A stretch of DNA of 32,607 bases, taken from contig CAYMSV010000003.1 of the NCBI GenBank assembly GCA_964393205.1, positions 1-32,607 of the forward strand, written 5' to 3'. Under the pieces are notes generated by a model. That model saw only the letters and a program-made list of their open reading frames with translations. It was not told the DNA's origin and searched no databases. Below are positions 17,990-28,500 of this stretch, piece by piece (position 1 is the first letter of the stretch; every line of letters starts with the position of its first letter). The translations under genes were made by a program, and so were the position numbers. This DNA is from an uncultured Pseudomonadales bacterium. Lineage in GTDB: Bacteria > Patescibacteriota > Microgenomatia > UBA1400 > PJMF01.

Positions 17990-18099
17990 GCTTTAGACAA
18001 GTAATTTAAGCAATGTTTGCTAATTTTAGACTTCCATTGATGATTGGTTTTAATAATTCTGAAAAGACTTTCGAGTTAAAAAATGTCTTTATAAATACT

Positions 18100-18145
18100 A
18101 GCCTATTTAAATAGGCTTGTCTTTACTCTTGAAATTATTTATACT
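18100..18145 (+). promoter_or_regulatory. 18-bp perfect palindrome abutting a candidate promoter of the GH130 genes
   Basis: AGCCTATTTAAATAGGCT (18100-18117); TTGTCT (18117-18122), 17 bp, TATACT (18140-18145). Confidence 0.45.
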
Positions 18146-18193
18146 GATATTGTTAACAAAATACTATTTTTTATCAATAAAGACCTGCCATTA

Positions 18194-19837
18194 ATGCTGA
18201 GGATTTTCGATTTACTCTATCAAAAAAAGCACAAGCTTCTTTCTCAAAAAGTTTTCTTTTGTGAACATCAAGACCTAGTTTATTTAATTGTTCAAGATAG
18301 AAACTCAGGCAAGATTATCAAATCAGCTAAAAGCAACGATGGCCTTCTTTTTCGAAAAGTTAAAGTTAAAGAAGAAATAGTTAAACAGTATCCTCAATTT
18401 AGAGATAAAAGACGGTCTTTTATTAAAGAGCGTTATGCAAACCATCTAGCGCCAGCTAGTGAATTTATGGATCATTCCAAAATTAGTATGCAAAATGCTT
18501 TTAAAACTTCTGAGGGCGTATTGCTTTTTTATCACTATCATAACTATCAGGCCTATCAGGTAGGTGTAGCTGGTTTTAGTGATGGAGATGATCCTCATTT
18601 AATTTGGCGTCACCACCAGCCAGTTTGGGAAATGTATGATCAAGTAGCGGGTAAAAAAATTGAATTTATTGATCTTTTGGAAATCAAAGGTCAATATGTG
18701 GCCTATTGGTTGGTTGAAGATGAAGCAGTTTGGGCAACAGTTTATCCTAATTATCGAATTACAGAGCAAATTGAAATCGTAGAAAGATCTCAGCTTAACA
18801 GGCCTCAGGCTAATCCATTAATTAGTCCCGAACCCACTCATGATTGGGAGTCGTTTAATACTTTTAATCCAGCTGCCCTTTACGAAGCTGACAAAGTCCA
18901 TTTACTTTATCGAGCTCAAGGATACGATTATGTTTCATCGATTGGTTATGCTAGCAGTGAGGATGGTTTAAGTGTTGAGCAAAAACTAGAAAGACCAATT
19001 TTTGTTCCCACTCAGCCATTTGAAATTGCAGTTAAACCGGGCCAAGTTAATATGGCCTTTGCTTCTGCTGGTTGTGGTGGCTGTGAAGACCCACGCTTAA
19101 CTAGAATTGATGATCGCATCTATATGACTTATGTAGCTTTCAATGGTTATTCTGAACCACGTATCGCTCTTACCTCAATTGCACTTAAAGATTTTTTAAA
19201 TCAAAATTGGTTGTGGACTCATCCAGTTTTAATTTCTAAGCCAGGTTTAGTAACTAAAAGCGCTTGTATTTTGCCAGAAAAAATTAATGGCAAGTATGTG
19301 GTTTTTCATCGAGTTTTTCCTGATATTTTAATAGATTTCAGAGATGATTTAGATTTTAGCGATGGTCAATATTTGAAGGGCGATAAAAAAATCAGTCCTC
19401 GATCAGCTCTGTGGTGGGATAGTCGTAAGATTGGTGTTGGAGCGCCTCCGCTCAAAACCAAAGATGGTTGGTTATTAATTTATCAATCAATTGATGACAA
19501 GGAGGGGCACCCTTATAAAGTGGGAGCTATGTTACTTGATTTAGAAGATCCCAGTGTGGTTTTACACCGTTCCAGTCAGCCAATTTTACAACCTCAAGAA
19601 TGGTATGAAAACGACGGTTTTAAGGCCGGAGTAGTTTATCCTTGTGGAGCAGTAATTATTGATCAAACTTTATTCGTTTATTATGGTGGAGCGGACTCTC
19701 GAGTCTGTGTCGCTACAGCTAATCTAAATCAATTCTTGCTTGAGCTTAAAAAAGAAGGTAGAGCTAAAGTTGAACCAACAATTATTACTAAATTAGATAA
19801 GAAGAGTTTGGCCAAAAGGGGGCTTTTTAGAAAATAA
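18194..19837 (+). CDS. GH130-family glycoside phosphorylase/hydrolase with a degenerate N-terminal propeller remnant
   Basis: TFNPAA, LLYRA, GCEDPRL, YMTYVA, VFHR, KIGVGAPP, VVYPCG, YYGGAD. Confidence 0.9.
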   Translation: MLRIFDLLYQKKHKLLSQKVFFCEHQDLVYLIVQDRNSGKIIKSAKSNDGLLFRKVKVKEEIVKQYPQFRDKRRSFIKERYANHLAPASEFMDHSKISMQNAFKTSEGVLLFYHYHNYQAYQVGVAGFSDGDDPHLIWRHHQPVWEMYDQVAGKKIEFIDLLEIKGQYVAYWLVEDEAVWATVYPNYRITEQIEIVERSQLNRPQANPLISPEPTHDWESFNTFNPAALYEADKVHLLYRAQGYDYVSSIGYASSEDGLSVEQKLERPIFVPTQPFEIAVKPGQVNMAFASAGCGGCEDPRLTRIDDRIYMTYVAFNGYSEPRIALTSIALKDFLNQNWLWTHPVLISKPGLVTKSACILPEKINGKYVVFHRVFPDILIDFRDDLDFSDGQYLKGDKKISPRSALWWDSRKIGVGAPPLKTKDGWLLIYQSIDDKEGHPYKVGAMLLDLEDPSVVLHRSSQPILQPQEWYENDGFKAGVVYPCGAVIIDQTLFVYYGGADSRVCVATANLNQFLLELKKEGRAKVEPTIITKLDKKSLAKRGLFRK

Positions 19838-19847
19838 AAGGTTTTTT

Positions 19848-21791
19848 ATGAATAAAAATAATTCTCATATTCAATTTGAAAGACATCAAAAGAATCCAAT
19901 TTTATCTCCTGATGCGAGTAGGTCATGGCGGGCTCGAGCGGTTTTTAATCCCAGTTTAGTAAAAAAAACAGACGACTTTTACCAAGTTCTTTATCGGGCT
20001 TTGTCCAAGGAGCAAAATTATTTAGGACAAGAAATGAGTTTATCAAGCATCGGATATGCTGAAAGTAGAGATGGAATTAATTTTGACTATATGCGTCAAC
20101 TAATTGTTCCTGAGTATGAATGGGAAAAATTTGGTTGTGAAGATCCACGAGTAACTTATATTGATGGCAAATATTTTATTTTTTACACAGCACTATCCGA
20201 GCACCCACCGACAGCTGACGGTATTAGAGTGGCAGTTGCTATAAGTAAAGACTTAAAAACTATTGAAGAAAAACATTTAGTGACGCATTTTAATGCTAAA
20301 GCTATGGCTTTATTACCAGAAAAAATCAATGGACAGTATGTGGCTATTTTAACTCCCAATACTGATCGTCCTCCAGCAACAATTGCGGTGGCTAGATTTA
20401 ATGAAATATCAGACATGTGGTCTCCTGGTTTTTGGGAAAAATGGTATCAAAATTTAGATCATCACAGCATTAATTTAGAGCGTATTGATACTGATCAGAT
20501 TGAGGTGGGCGCAGTACCTGTTAAGACAGATGAAGGTTGGCTTTTAATTTACGCTCATATTCAAAACTATCCAATTGAAGCTAAAAGAATTTTCGGCATT
20601 GAAGCTGTGTTATTAGATTTAAAAGATCCCCAGCAGATTTTAGCTCGTACTCAAGGACCGCTTTTATTACCAAAAGTAAAGTATGAGGCTGAAGGCATAG
20701 TTCCCAATGTTATTTTCCCTTCATCAGCATTGGTAGAGGGTGAGAAACTGCGTTTATATTATGGTGCAGCTGACACCCATTGTGCTTTAGCAGAAATTAA
20801 TCTAGCTGATCTTATTAAAAGCATGCAAGACAATTCATTTAAGGAAGCCTTTCATTTAGTTAAATATCATCGCAACCCAATTTTGACGCCTCGCAGCGAA
20901 AATTTTTGGGAAGCTAATTCTGTTTTTAATCCTGCAGCTGTTTATGAAAATGGAAAATTTTATTTAGTTTATAGAGCACAATCTCCAGACAATACCTCTA
21001 CTTTAGGTCTAGCTGAAAGTGATGATGGTTTTAATTTTAAACGTCATCACGAACCCATCTATGTACCACGTAAATCTTTTGAACAAAAAAGTGAGCCTGG
21101 TCGTTTATCTGGTTGTGAAGATCCACGTATTACCCGTTTAGGCAATGAATTCTTAATGTTTTATACAGCTTATGATGGGATGAATCCTCCTAGGGTTGCC
21201 GTCACATCTATTGCTATTCAAGATTTTGTTAAACATAATTGGCAGTGGTCAGAGCCCAAGCTTATTTCTTCTCCAGATGGTGATAATAAAAATAGTTGCT
21301 TACTACCAGAAAAGGTTAGGGGTCGCTATGTAATCTTGCATCGTATGGGTGGTAAAGAGATAGCCATCGATTATTTAGATAATTTAGATCAATTGCAGGG
21401 TGAAGAAATATGGCTTGAAAAAGAGCAATCAATTGGTCCTAGAACTGAATATTGGGATGGAGCCAAAATTGGTATTGCCGGTCCGCCACTTTTAGTTGAT
21501 CAAGGGTGGTTACTACTTTATCACGGAGTGTCAGACATTGATCACCATTATCGAGTAGGTTTTATGTTGTTAGATCGTGATAATCCAGGTAAGGTTTTAT
21601 ATCGTACTCCTTATCCAATTTTAAAACCAACCGAAGAGTTTGAAAGAATTGGTGATGTAAATAATGTAGTTTTCCCATGTGGAGCAGTGATAGTGAAAGG
21701 TACACTTTTCGTTTACTATGGGGGGGCGGATAAGGTAGTTTGTGTGGCTACAGCTGATGTAAGTGAGTTATTGGCGCAGGTTAAATTATAG
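19848..21791 (+). CDS. GH130-family protein with two tandem catalytic domains
   Basis: Two complete sets of VFNP / YRA / GCEDPR / YTA / NV.FP / YYG.AD motifs. Confidence 0.92.
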   Translation: MNKNNSHIQFERHQKNPILSPDASRSWRARAVFNPSLVKKTDDFYQVLYRALSKEQNYLGQEMSLSSIGYAESRDGINFDYMRQLIVPEYEWEKFGCEDPRVTYIDGKYFIFYTALSEHPPTADGIRVAVAISKDLKTIEEKHLVTHFNAKAMALLPEKINGQYVAILTPNTDRPPATIAVARFNEISDMWSPGFWEKWYQNLDHHSINLERIDTDQIEVGAVPVKTDEGWLLIYAHIQNYPIEAKRIFGIEAVLLDLKDPQQILARTQGPLLLPKVKYEAEGIVPNVIFPSSALVEGEKLRLYYGAADTHCALAEINLADLIKSMQDNSFKEAFHLVKYHRNPILTPRSENFWEANSVFNPAAVYENGKFYLVYRAQSPDNTSTLGLAESDDGFNFKRHHEPIYVPRKSFEQKSEPGRLSGCEDPRITRLGNEFLMFYTAYDGMNPPRVAVTSIAIQDFVKHNWQWSEPKLISSPDGDNKNSCLLPEKVRGRYVILHRMGGKEIAIDYLDNLDQLQGEEIWLEKEQSIGPRTEYWDGAKIGIAGPPLLVDQGWLLLYHGVSDIDHHYRVGFMLLDRDNPGKVLYRTPYPILKPTEEFERIGDVNNVVFPCGAVIVKGTLFVYYGGADKVVCVATADVSELLAQVKL

Positions 21792-21820
21792 GTGCCTATT
21801 TAATAAGAAGAAAGATATCT

Positions 21821-23812
21821 ATGACTGAACTTAATAATGCTGGTAGAGAAATTAATAAGCCTGAGGCAGAACAAGTTTCTTTTCAAACAGATGCAAATTT
21901 TGAAACAAGAACTGAAAATGTTAATGGACAGATTGAGGCAAAAAAAAAGAAATCCCTATTTAAAAAATTTTTAATAATTTTTTTATTAATAAATTTATTG
22001 TTAGTAGTAGCTTTTTTATTTTACTATTTTTTAATTTTGAAACCCCGTTATTTGAGCCTTGATTCTCAGGAAACACCCCTGATTATGGACACTCAAATTA
22101 AGCCTTTATCTTTAGAAGAATGGACAACAGTGGAATTAAGTGTAAAGGAAAATTTATCTTTGAATTCAATTAATCAAATGCTTTCTCCATCTCAATTAAG
22201 CAATCCTTTAGAAAATGAAAGTCCGCTTAGTTTTTATAAAAATTTAGAAGAAACATATAGTTTAAATTCATCTAAAGATAGTGTTGATCAGACTTTAGGT
22301 GTTCAACAAAAAAAATCTCATTTTAGTTTAAAGCTGGGGGCGAAGTTAGAAGATGACAACAAAAAAGAACATGATTTAGACCTGTCGCTTTCATATTTAG
22401 GTTTGGAGGATCTATCAAGTCAAGAAACTCAGGTAGATATTATTGCCAATTTAAGTTTAGGAGATGTTGTTTTACAAGATGATGGCATGGATGCCTTGCA
22501 TGTTTCGATAATCAATTCTTTCGATAATAAGGCAGCTATTAACATTGAAGCATCAGATTATTTAATAGTTTTATTAGACACTTTAATTTTTCCTGAAAAA
22601 GAGCGAATTCCTGGAAAAATCTATGTTGATTCAAAAGATATTTACCCTTTTTTTGGTAATTATGTGCAGATTGAAAGTGATTTTGTAGAACTAGATGAAA
22701 ACAAAGATCAGCTTTTGAATGATTTTATTAATTTTAGTGAAAATAATTTTATTGATACTTTTGCTGATTTAAACAAGTATGTGGACACAAGCAAAGACAT
22801 TCTGCTGCTTAGTGATCAGTCGCATTTAGGTGTGGTTTTAGTAACAATTGATGAGCGTCTTTTTTTAGAAACAGTAGAAGAATATTTTACCAACACAAAA
22901 CGATATTTTGAGTCTAATCAGAATAGATATGAGATAATTTGTGCTGGTCAAAATTATGAGTGCATGTATGAATTAGGTTATCAAGATAAAGAAAGTCTTG
23001 ACGCTAGCGCTGAATTAATATCAATGCTTTTTAAGTTTTTTAGAATCAATCGTTCTGGAATTGTAGTCGCCGTAGACGATTTAAGCTTTAAAGGTTTCTA
23101 TTTAGATTTTGTTAAAAGAGGAATGGTGCTTGACATGTTTAATTTACCAATTGATATAAATCACTTAGCTTTTAGTTTCTATATTGATAATTTATTTGAA
23201 AAGCAGAATATTTTTTCACCTAAAAAGATCATTAATTTTAGCGATCAACCGGAGTTTTTGGGATATGCTGCAATGGAACAGGGTAATAGATTATATTCAG
23301 AAAATAAAGCTTTTATGCGCACTCTAGAGTTAGATGCTTTGAAAGCCTTATTGGTTGAAGGAGGAAAATTTTGTAATGTTTGGTGGAGTCCAGAATTTTG
23401 CATAAATGAATTAATTGACTGGGAGATTAATGCTTCTTCTCTATTTGATAATACCATTAATATGAATTATCCCTTTGGTAGCTATTCATCAGATCAGCAA
23501 CTCTCAGCGACCATTAGAAGTTTCGATTGGGAGTTTGAAGATGATTGTTTTTATGATGAAGAAAGTACTTTTATTTTTAATTCTTATGAGTTTTATCAGG
23601 ACGTGATTGTTGATCAAAATCTTCATTTAAGGGTTTCACTTAATTCTGATAGTGAGGGTGGTTATTTTGGTCGGGTCTGTCACCTCAAAGAACACGGCTA
23701 TAGCACTAGGTTGCCTTTTGCTGGTGAAATAAGTCTTTCAGCTAAAGGTTTCACCGCAGAAGAAGCTTTAGAAAAATTTAGTGAAGCTTTGTCGGGCATT
23801 AGGATTAAATAA
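21821..23812 (+). CDS. Large hypothetical single-pass membrane protein
   Basis: KKKKSLFKK plus TM helix near the N-terminus; acidic extracytoplasmic region with several Cys. Confidence 0.8.
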   Translation: MTELNNAGREINKPEAEQVSFQTDANFETRTENVNGQIEAKKKKSLFKKFLIIFLLINLLLVVAFLFYYFLILKPRYLSLDSQETPLIMDTQIKPLSLEEWTTVELSVKENLSLNSINQMLSPSQLSNPLENESPLSFYKNLEETYSLNSSKDSVDQTLGVQQKKSHFSLKLGAKLEDDNKKEHDLDLSLSYLGLEDLSSQETQVDIIANLSLGDVVLQDDGMDALHVSIINSFDNKAAINIEASDYLIVLLDTLIFPEKERIPGKIYVDSKDIYPFFGNYVQIESDFVELDENKDQLLNDFINFSENNFIDTFADLNKYVDTSKDILLLSDQSHLGVVLVTIDERLFLETVEEYFTNTKRYFESNQNRYEIICAGQNYECMYELGYQDKESLDASAELISMLFKFFRINRSGIVVAVDDLSFKGFYLDFVKRGMVLDMFNLPIDINHLAFSFYIDNLFEKQNIFSPKKIINFSDQPEFLGYAAMEQGNRLYSENKAFMRTLELDALKALLVEGGKFCNVWWSPEFCINELIDWEINASSLFDNTINMNYPFGSYSSDQQLSATIRSFDWEFEDDCFYDEESTFIFNSYEFYQDVIVDQNLHLRVSLNSDSEGGYFGRVCHLKEHGYSTRLPFAGEISLSAKGFTAEEALEKFSEALSGIRIK

Positions 23813-23839
23813 AAAAATAGATGAAAATAAAGTAACAAT

Positions 23840-26554
23840 TTAAATCTTTTTTTTAATTAATTTTTTTCCTAATTTATACAACTCCCCAACAACAAATACT
23901 GAGCTAGATAAAAGTATGCCTGTTAAAACTTCCATCCCGGTTAGTGGTACAAAATTAAAAATATTAACTAAAAAGCTGTTGGTCATAGCTATATATAAAA
24001 GAAACAATGATGCGGCTACTGCTGCCACCACATATTTGTTGCTAAACACACCAATGCTAAATAGAGAGCGATCGAGGGAGCGCATGTTAAAAATATTAAC
24101 CAATTGAGTAAGGCAAATAACTAAGAAAGCTCCAGTTCTAGCTTTATCTATTCCCTGAGGTAAAAATCTAATAAACGTCCACATTGAAGTAACAACCATA
24201 CAAAAGACAATGGGACTTAAGAAGCCTAGCATTTTTCTAGATAGAATATTTTCTTCTTTAGTTCTTGGTGGCTGACTTAAAACATCTCCGTGTCCTGGTT
24301 CTGCTGCTAAAGCAATATCTACCAAGCCATCAGTAACTAAATTTACCCATAAAATTTGTGAAGCAAGTAGGGGCAGGGGAAGGCCAAAGGCAATAGAAAT
24401 AATAATAATCAGATCTTCAGCGAGGTTAGTGGTAATGAGAAAGGCGCTAGCCTGCCTAGTGTTGACAAAAACCACTCTTCCTTCCTCGACCGCATCAATG
24501 AGTGAAGCAAAGTTGTCATCGGCCAAAACAATATCACTAGCCTCCCTAGCAACATCTGTCCCAATCTTGCCCATGGCAATTCCGATATTAGCTTTTTTCA
24601 AAGCCAATACGTCGTTGACACCATCACCAGTCATTGCAACCGTATGTCCTAGATCTTGTAGTCTTTCTAAGATTTTTAGCTTCATGTTTGGTGTTAATCT
24701 GGCAAAAACGGATACTTGTTCAATGGCTTGGTCAAATTCTTCAGCACTTAGTGCTTCTAAGTCATTTTCAGTCATTACCAAGGAATATTCGCCAGTTTTT
24801 TCTTTATCGTCAATAATGCCAATTTGTTTGGCAATTGCTAGGGCTGTTTCTTTATGGTCGCCAGTTTTCATAATTACTCGAATGCCGGCTCCTTTGGCTT
24901 TTTTAATTGCTTCGGCGACGCCTGCCCGAGGAGGATCAATCATTCCTACAAAACCAACAAACACTAAATCATTAATGCTGTCAACTGATAAATTACGCTT
25001 ATTGCCAGTTGTTTTTTTGTATGCAAAGGCAATCACACGCATTGCTTGAGCAGAATAATTTTTAACCTTGTCTAAGGCTTCTTCTTTATTTTTTTGACTA
25101 AAGTTACTAACCTCTTTATCAAGCAGTTGTTTATTGCATAGTCCAATTATTGATTCTGGAGCACCACTGACAAAAATTTCTCTTTTTTCATTTTCCTCAA
25201 TCAAAACTGCTTTATATTTTAATTCCTGATTAAAAGGCAAATGATCAACAATTTTTGTTTCTTTTAATTGGCCATTAAATTTAGCCTTATAAGTTAAAAT
25301 AGTTGATGCGCCTTCGGTCGGGTCACCACTAATTTGGTAATGAGGTTCTTCTTTACTGCCTTTATTAATTAAGCGGGCTCGACTATTTAATCCAGCAATC
25401 ATAATTAATTTTTTTAAAGCAAAATTTTTTAGGGGATCAATGACTTTTTCATCTTTAAAAAATTTACCCTCTGGGTTCCAGCCAGAACCTGAAACGACAA
25501 AAGATTGATTAGTTAAGCAAATTTGTTCAATAGTCATCGTATTTTGAGTAAGGGTGCCAGTTTTATCGGTAGCAATAACGTCAGTAATGCTTAAAGTTTC
25601 AGTAGCAGGTAAAGATCTAACAATAGCTTTTTTATTAGCCATTCTTTTAGCTCCAGAAGCTAAGATAATGACTAAAACTGCTGGCAAACCCTCTGGAATA
25701 CCAGAGACAAGTGAAGCCACAGCAAAGGTGAAAATATCGGCAAAACTCATTTCTCTAAAAAAGAAACCAATTGTAAAGGTAAACAAAGCGCCAAAAATAG
25801 CAATAATGGACATTTGTTTAGCAAGACGTGCAGTTTTGATTTCAAAGTGAGATTTTTCTTTTTTAATTTCTCCCAGGGTTTTAGCAATTTTACCAATAGC
25901 AGTTTTATTGCCTGTTTCAGTTACTACGAATTTGCCAAAACCACTAACCACAAAAGTACTCATCCACACATAGTTTTTTCTATCAGCCATTGGGGTTTTG
26001 TTAGCCATAGCTCGTGTACTTTTTTCAACAGCAAAAGCCTCTCCAGTTAAAGATGATTCAACTACTTGTAGGTTATTAGCTTCAATCAATCTGCCGTCAG
26101 CAGAAACCCGATCTCCTTCTTCTAGTAAAACAATATCTCCAGGCACCAAATTTTTAGAAGGAACTTCAATGAGTTGTCCATCCCTATAAACCTTGCTAGT
26201 GGCGACAATAATTTCTTTGAGAGACTCAATTGCTTTGTTGGCCTTATATTCTTGAATAAATCCGATAATGGTATTTATTAAGAGAACAAATAAAATTACA
26301 TAGGTGTCAAGAGCATGATCCAAAAAGTAGGTAATGGCTGCTGCCATCAACATAACTAAAACCAAGAGATTATTAAATTGATGCCAAAGAATATTGAGTA
26401 TTAAATGTTTTGGTTTGTCGTCAGCAATCTCGTTGCTACCATATTTTATCCGTCTTTTGTCAAGCTCGTTTTTACTTAAGCCTTTTTCTGGATCGGTGTT
26501 GAGTTTTTCTAAAACTTCTTGATAAGAAATGGTGTAATAGGGAATTTTGGGCAT
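23840..26554 (-). CDS. P2A-type (Ca2+-like) cation-transporting P-type ATPase
   Basis: LTGE, IPEGLP, DKTGTLT, DPPR, TGD, MTGDGVND, LWVNLVTDG. Confidence 0.95.
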   Translation of the reverse strand: MPKIPYYTISYQEVLEKLNTDPEKGLSKNELDKRRIKYGSNEIADDKPKHLILNILWHQFNNLLVLVMLMAAAITYFLDHALDTYVILFVLLINTIIGFIQEYKANKAIESLKEIIVATSKVYRDGQLIEVPSKNLVPGDIVLLEEGDRVSADGRLIEANNLQVVESSLTGEAFAVEKSTRAMANKTPMADRKNYVWMSTFVVSGFGKFVVTETGNKTAIGKIAKTLGEIKKEKSHFEIKTARLAKQMSIIAIFGALFTFTIGFFFREMSFADIFTFAVASLVSGIPEGLPAVLVIILASGAKRMANKKAIVRSLPATETLSITDVIATDKTGTLTQNTMTIEQICLTNQSFVVSGSGWNPEGKFFKDEKVIDPLKNFALKKLIMIAGLNSRARLINKGSKEEPHYQISGDPTEGASTILTYKAKFNGQLKETKIVDHLPFNQELKYKAVLIEENEKREIFVSGAPESIIGLCNKQLLDKEVSNFSQKNKEEALDKVKNYSAQAMRVIAFAYKKTTGNKRNLSVDSINDLVFVGFVGMIDPPRAGVAEAIKKAKGAGIRVIMKTGDHKETALAIAKQIGIIDDKEKTGEYSLVMTENDLEALSAEEFDQAIEQVSVFARLTPNMKLKILERLQDLGHTVAMTGDGVNDVLALKKANIGIAMGKIGTDVAREASDIVLADDNFASLIDAVEEGRVVFVNTRQASAFLITTNLAEDLIIIISIAFGLPLPLLASQILWVNLVTDGLVDIALAAEPGHGDVLSQPPRTKEENILSRKMLGFLSPIVFCMVVTSMWTFIRFLPQGIDKARTGAFLVICLTQLVNIFNMRSLDRSLFSIGVFSNKYVVAAVAASLFLLYIAMTNSFLVNIFNFVPLTGMEVLTGILLSSSVFVVGELYKLGKKLIKKKI

Positions 26555-26646
26555 AACTGTAGTTTAGTCTAGCAAAATTAAGAGCTGTGAACAAGCGCTG
26601 ACTCTGGTTTTTTACTCTGGTAGCTGTTAAACTAAAATTCTTAATC

Positions 26647-28488
26647 ATGTTCAAAAAAATTTTAGAATATACTAGGCCCTATCGAAAAACACTAATTTTT
26701 ATTAGTTTTTTGATTGTAATTATGGCTCTACTTAGTCAAATTGAGCCTTTTATTACCAAAGCTATTACCGATCAATTAGTAGAAAACGAAACTCAAGGGG
26801 TTTTTAATTACATTGCTATTCTTTTGGTAGTACTATTATTAGTAAAACTGATTCAGTCAGGTCTTAATCGTTTGTCTTGGTATTTAACTAATATTTTTGT
26901 GATTAAATTTGAATCTAGCCTAAAACAATTGGGCTTTGATCATTTAATGAAATTATCTCTATCTTTTTTCAATGAACAGGAAACTGGCAAGGTGATGAGC
27001 AAGTTGGATCGAGGCGTAAATCGTTTAACCTCAATTGTTAATAATTCTGGAATGCACTTCATTCCCAGTGTAACTACGGCCTTAATTTCTTTTTCAATTG
27101 TTTTGTATTATGAATGGCGAATTGGTGTACTGACAGTTTTGGCTTTTGTTCCCTATGTGGCTATTAATCGTTGGCGTTTTGAAAAAAACAATAAATTGGA
27201 AAAAAGAGAATATAGGCTTTATGACAAACAATATGCTCATTTTTGGGAGGTTTTAAGTTCAATGGAATTGATTAAAGCTTTTCGTGCTGAAGAGTTTGAA
27301 AAAAATAAGCTAAGTAATTTTTTTAAAAAAATCATTAATATTCGCACAGAAATGGAAAAAAACACTAATCGCTCAATTGCTGGTGATATTATCTTAGAGT
27401 CATTGAGTTGGTCAATGTATGCTTATATTGTTTATATGACTTGGCAGGGTCAAATTACTATTGGTACTTTAATTCTATTGGTGGGTTTGATTCAAATGAT
27501 CCGTCAGCCCTTATGGCAAATTAATTGGATTTTTTGGGAGGTGAAAAGGGCGCAAATTGGAGCTAGAGACTTTTTCAAGATTATGAATGCTAAACCGGAG
27601 GTGGTTGATCCGTCTAAGCCAGTACCTATTAAAAATTTGCGTGGAGAAATTACTTTTGATCAAGTCTCTTTTACTTACAAGCAAAGCATGCGTGATTATT
27701 TTGATAAGTATTATGAAGAGGAAGGTGAAGCTAAAAATAAATTGGCTAATAAAAAAGCAGAAATAGGTAAAGGATTAAAAGTTCTTGATAGGGTTAACTT
27801 TACTATTGAAGCGGACAAGGTGACGGCTTTTGTTGGGCCTTCTGGAGCGGGAAAAACTACCATTGCTAGTTTGTTAATGCGTTTTTTTGATCCAGATCAA
27901 GGCAAGATTTTATTAGATGGTATTGATATTAAAAAGTTTCGTCAATATGATCTACGCGCTCAAATGGGTTTAGTTAGCCAGGATGCTCACCTCTTTGCCA
28001 GTTCTATTGAAGAGAATCTTAAATACGCCAAACCAAATGCTAGTGAAGCAGAGATGTGGCGAGCTTGTAAAATTGCTCGGGCAGATGAATTCATCGAGAA
28101 ATTAGATAAGGGTTTAAAGACCACTATTGGTGAACGAGGAGTTAAATTATCAGGCGGTCAGCGTCAAAGATTATCTTTAGCAAGAACAATTTTGCGTGAT
28201 CCCAAAATTGTAATTTTAGATGAGGCAACCAGCGCCTTAGACTCAGAATCGGAAATGTATATTCAACAAGCTTTAACTGAAGTTTTGAAGGGCAGAACTT
28301 CTATTGTCATTGCTCACCGTTTATCAACGGTTCAGCGCTCTGACAAAATTATTGTACTCAAAGATAAACATTTATTAGAACAAGGCACTCATCAACAACT
28401 GCTTAAAAAAGATGGCCTATATGCAAGTTTATTTAAAATTCAATCTGGAGATAGTGAAAAACTGAAGGAGTGGGATCTAGTTAGATAG
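26647..28488 (+). CDS. ABC exporter, fused TMD-NBD (MsbA/MdlB-like)
   Basis: N-terminal TM helices; Walker A GPSGAGKTT, LSGGQRQR, Walker B ILDEATSALD, IAHRLST. Confidence 0.95.
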   Translation: MFKKILEYTRPYRKTLIFISFLIVIMALLSQIEPFITKAITDQLVENETQGVFNYIAILLVVLLLVKLIQSGLNRLSWYLTNIFVIKFESSLKQLGFDHLMKLSLSFFNEQETGKVMSKLDRGVNRLTSIVNNSGMHFIPSVTTALISFSIVLYYEWRIGVLTVLAFVPYVAINRWRFEKNNKLEKREYRLYDKQYAHFWEVLSSMELIKAFRAEEFEKNKLSNFFKKIINIRTEMEKNTNRSIAGDIILESLSWSMYAYIVYMTWQGQITIGTLILLVGLIQMIRQPLWQINWIFWEVKRAQIGARDFFKIMNAKPEVVDPSKPVPIKNLRGEITFDQVSFTYKQSMRDYFDKYYEEEGEAKNKLANKKAEIGKGLKVLDRVNFTIEADKVTAFVGPSGAGKTTIASLLMRFFDPDQGKILLDGIDIKKFRQYDLRAQMGLVSQDAHLFASSIEENLKYAKPNASEAEMWRACKIARADEFIEKLDKGLKTTIGERGVKLSGGQRQRLSLARTILRDPKIVILDEATSALDSESEMYIQQALTEVLKGRTSIVIAHRLSTVQRSDKIIVLKDKHLLEQGTHQQLLKKDGLYASLFKIQSGDSEKLKEWDLVR

Positions 28489-28500
28489 TCTTTATTCTAC

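Noticed and set aside
23916-26654. Several ORFs over the P-type ATPase, including 206 aa at 24429-25049
   Set aside because: Typical antisense or alternative-frame shadows of a conserved gene
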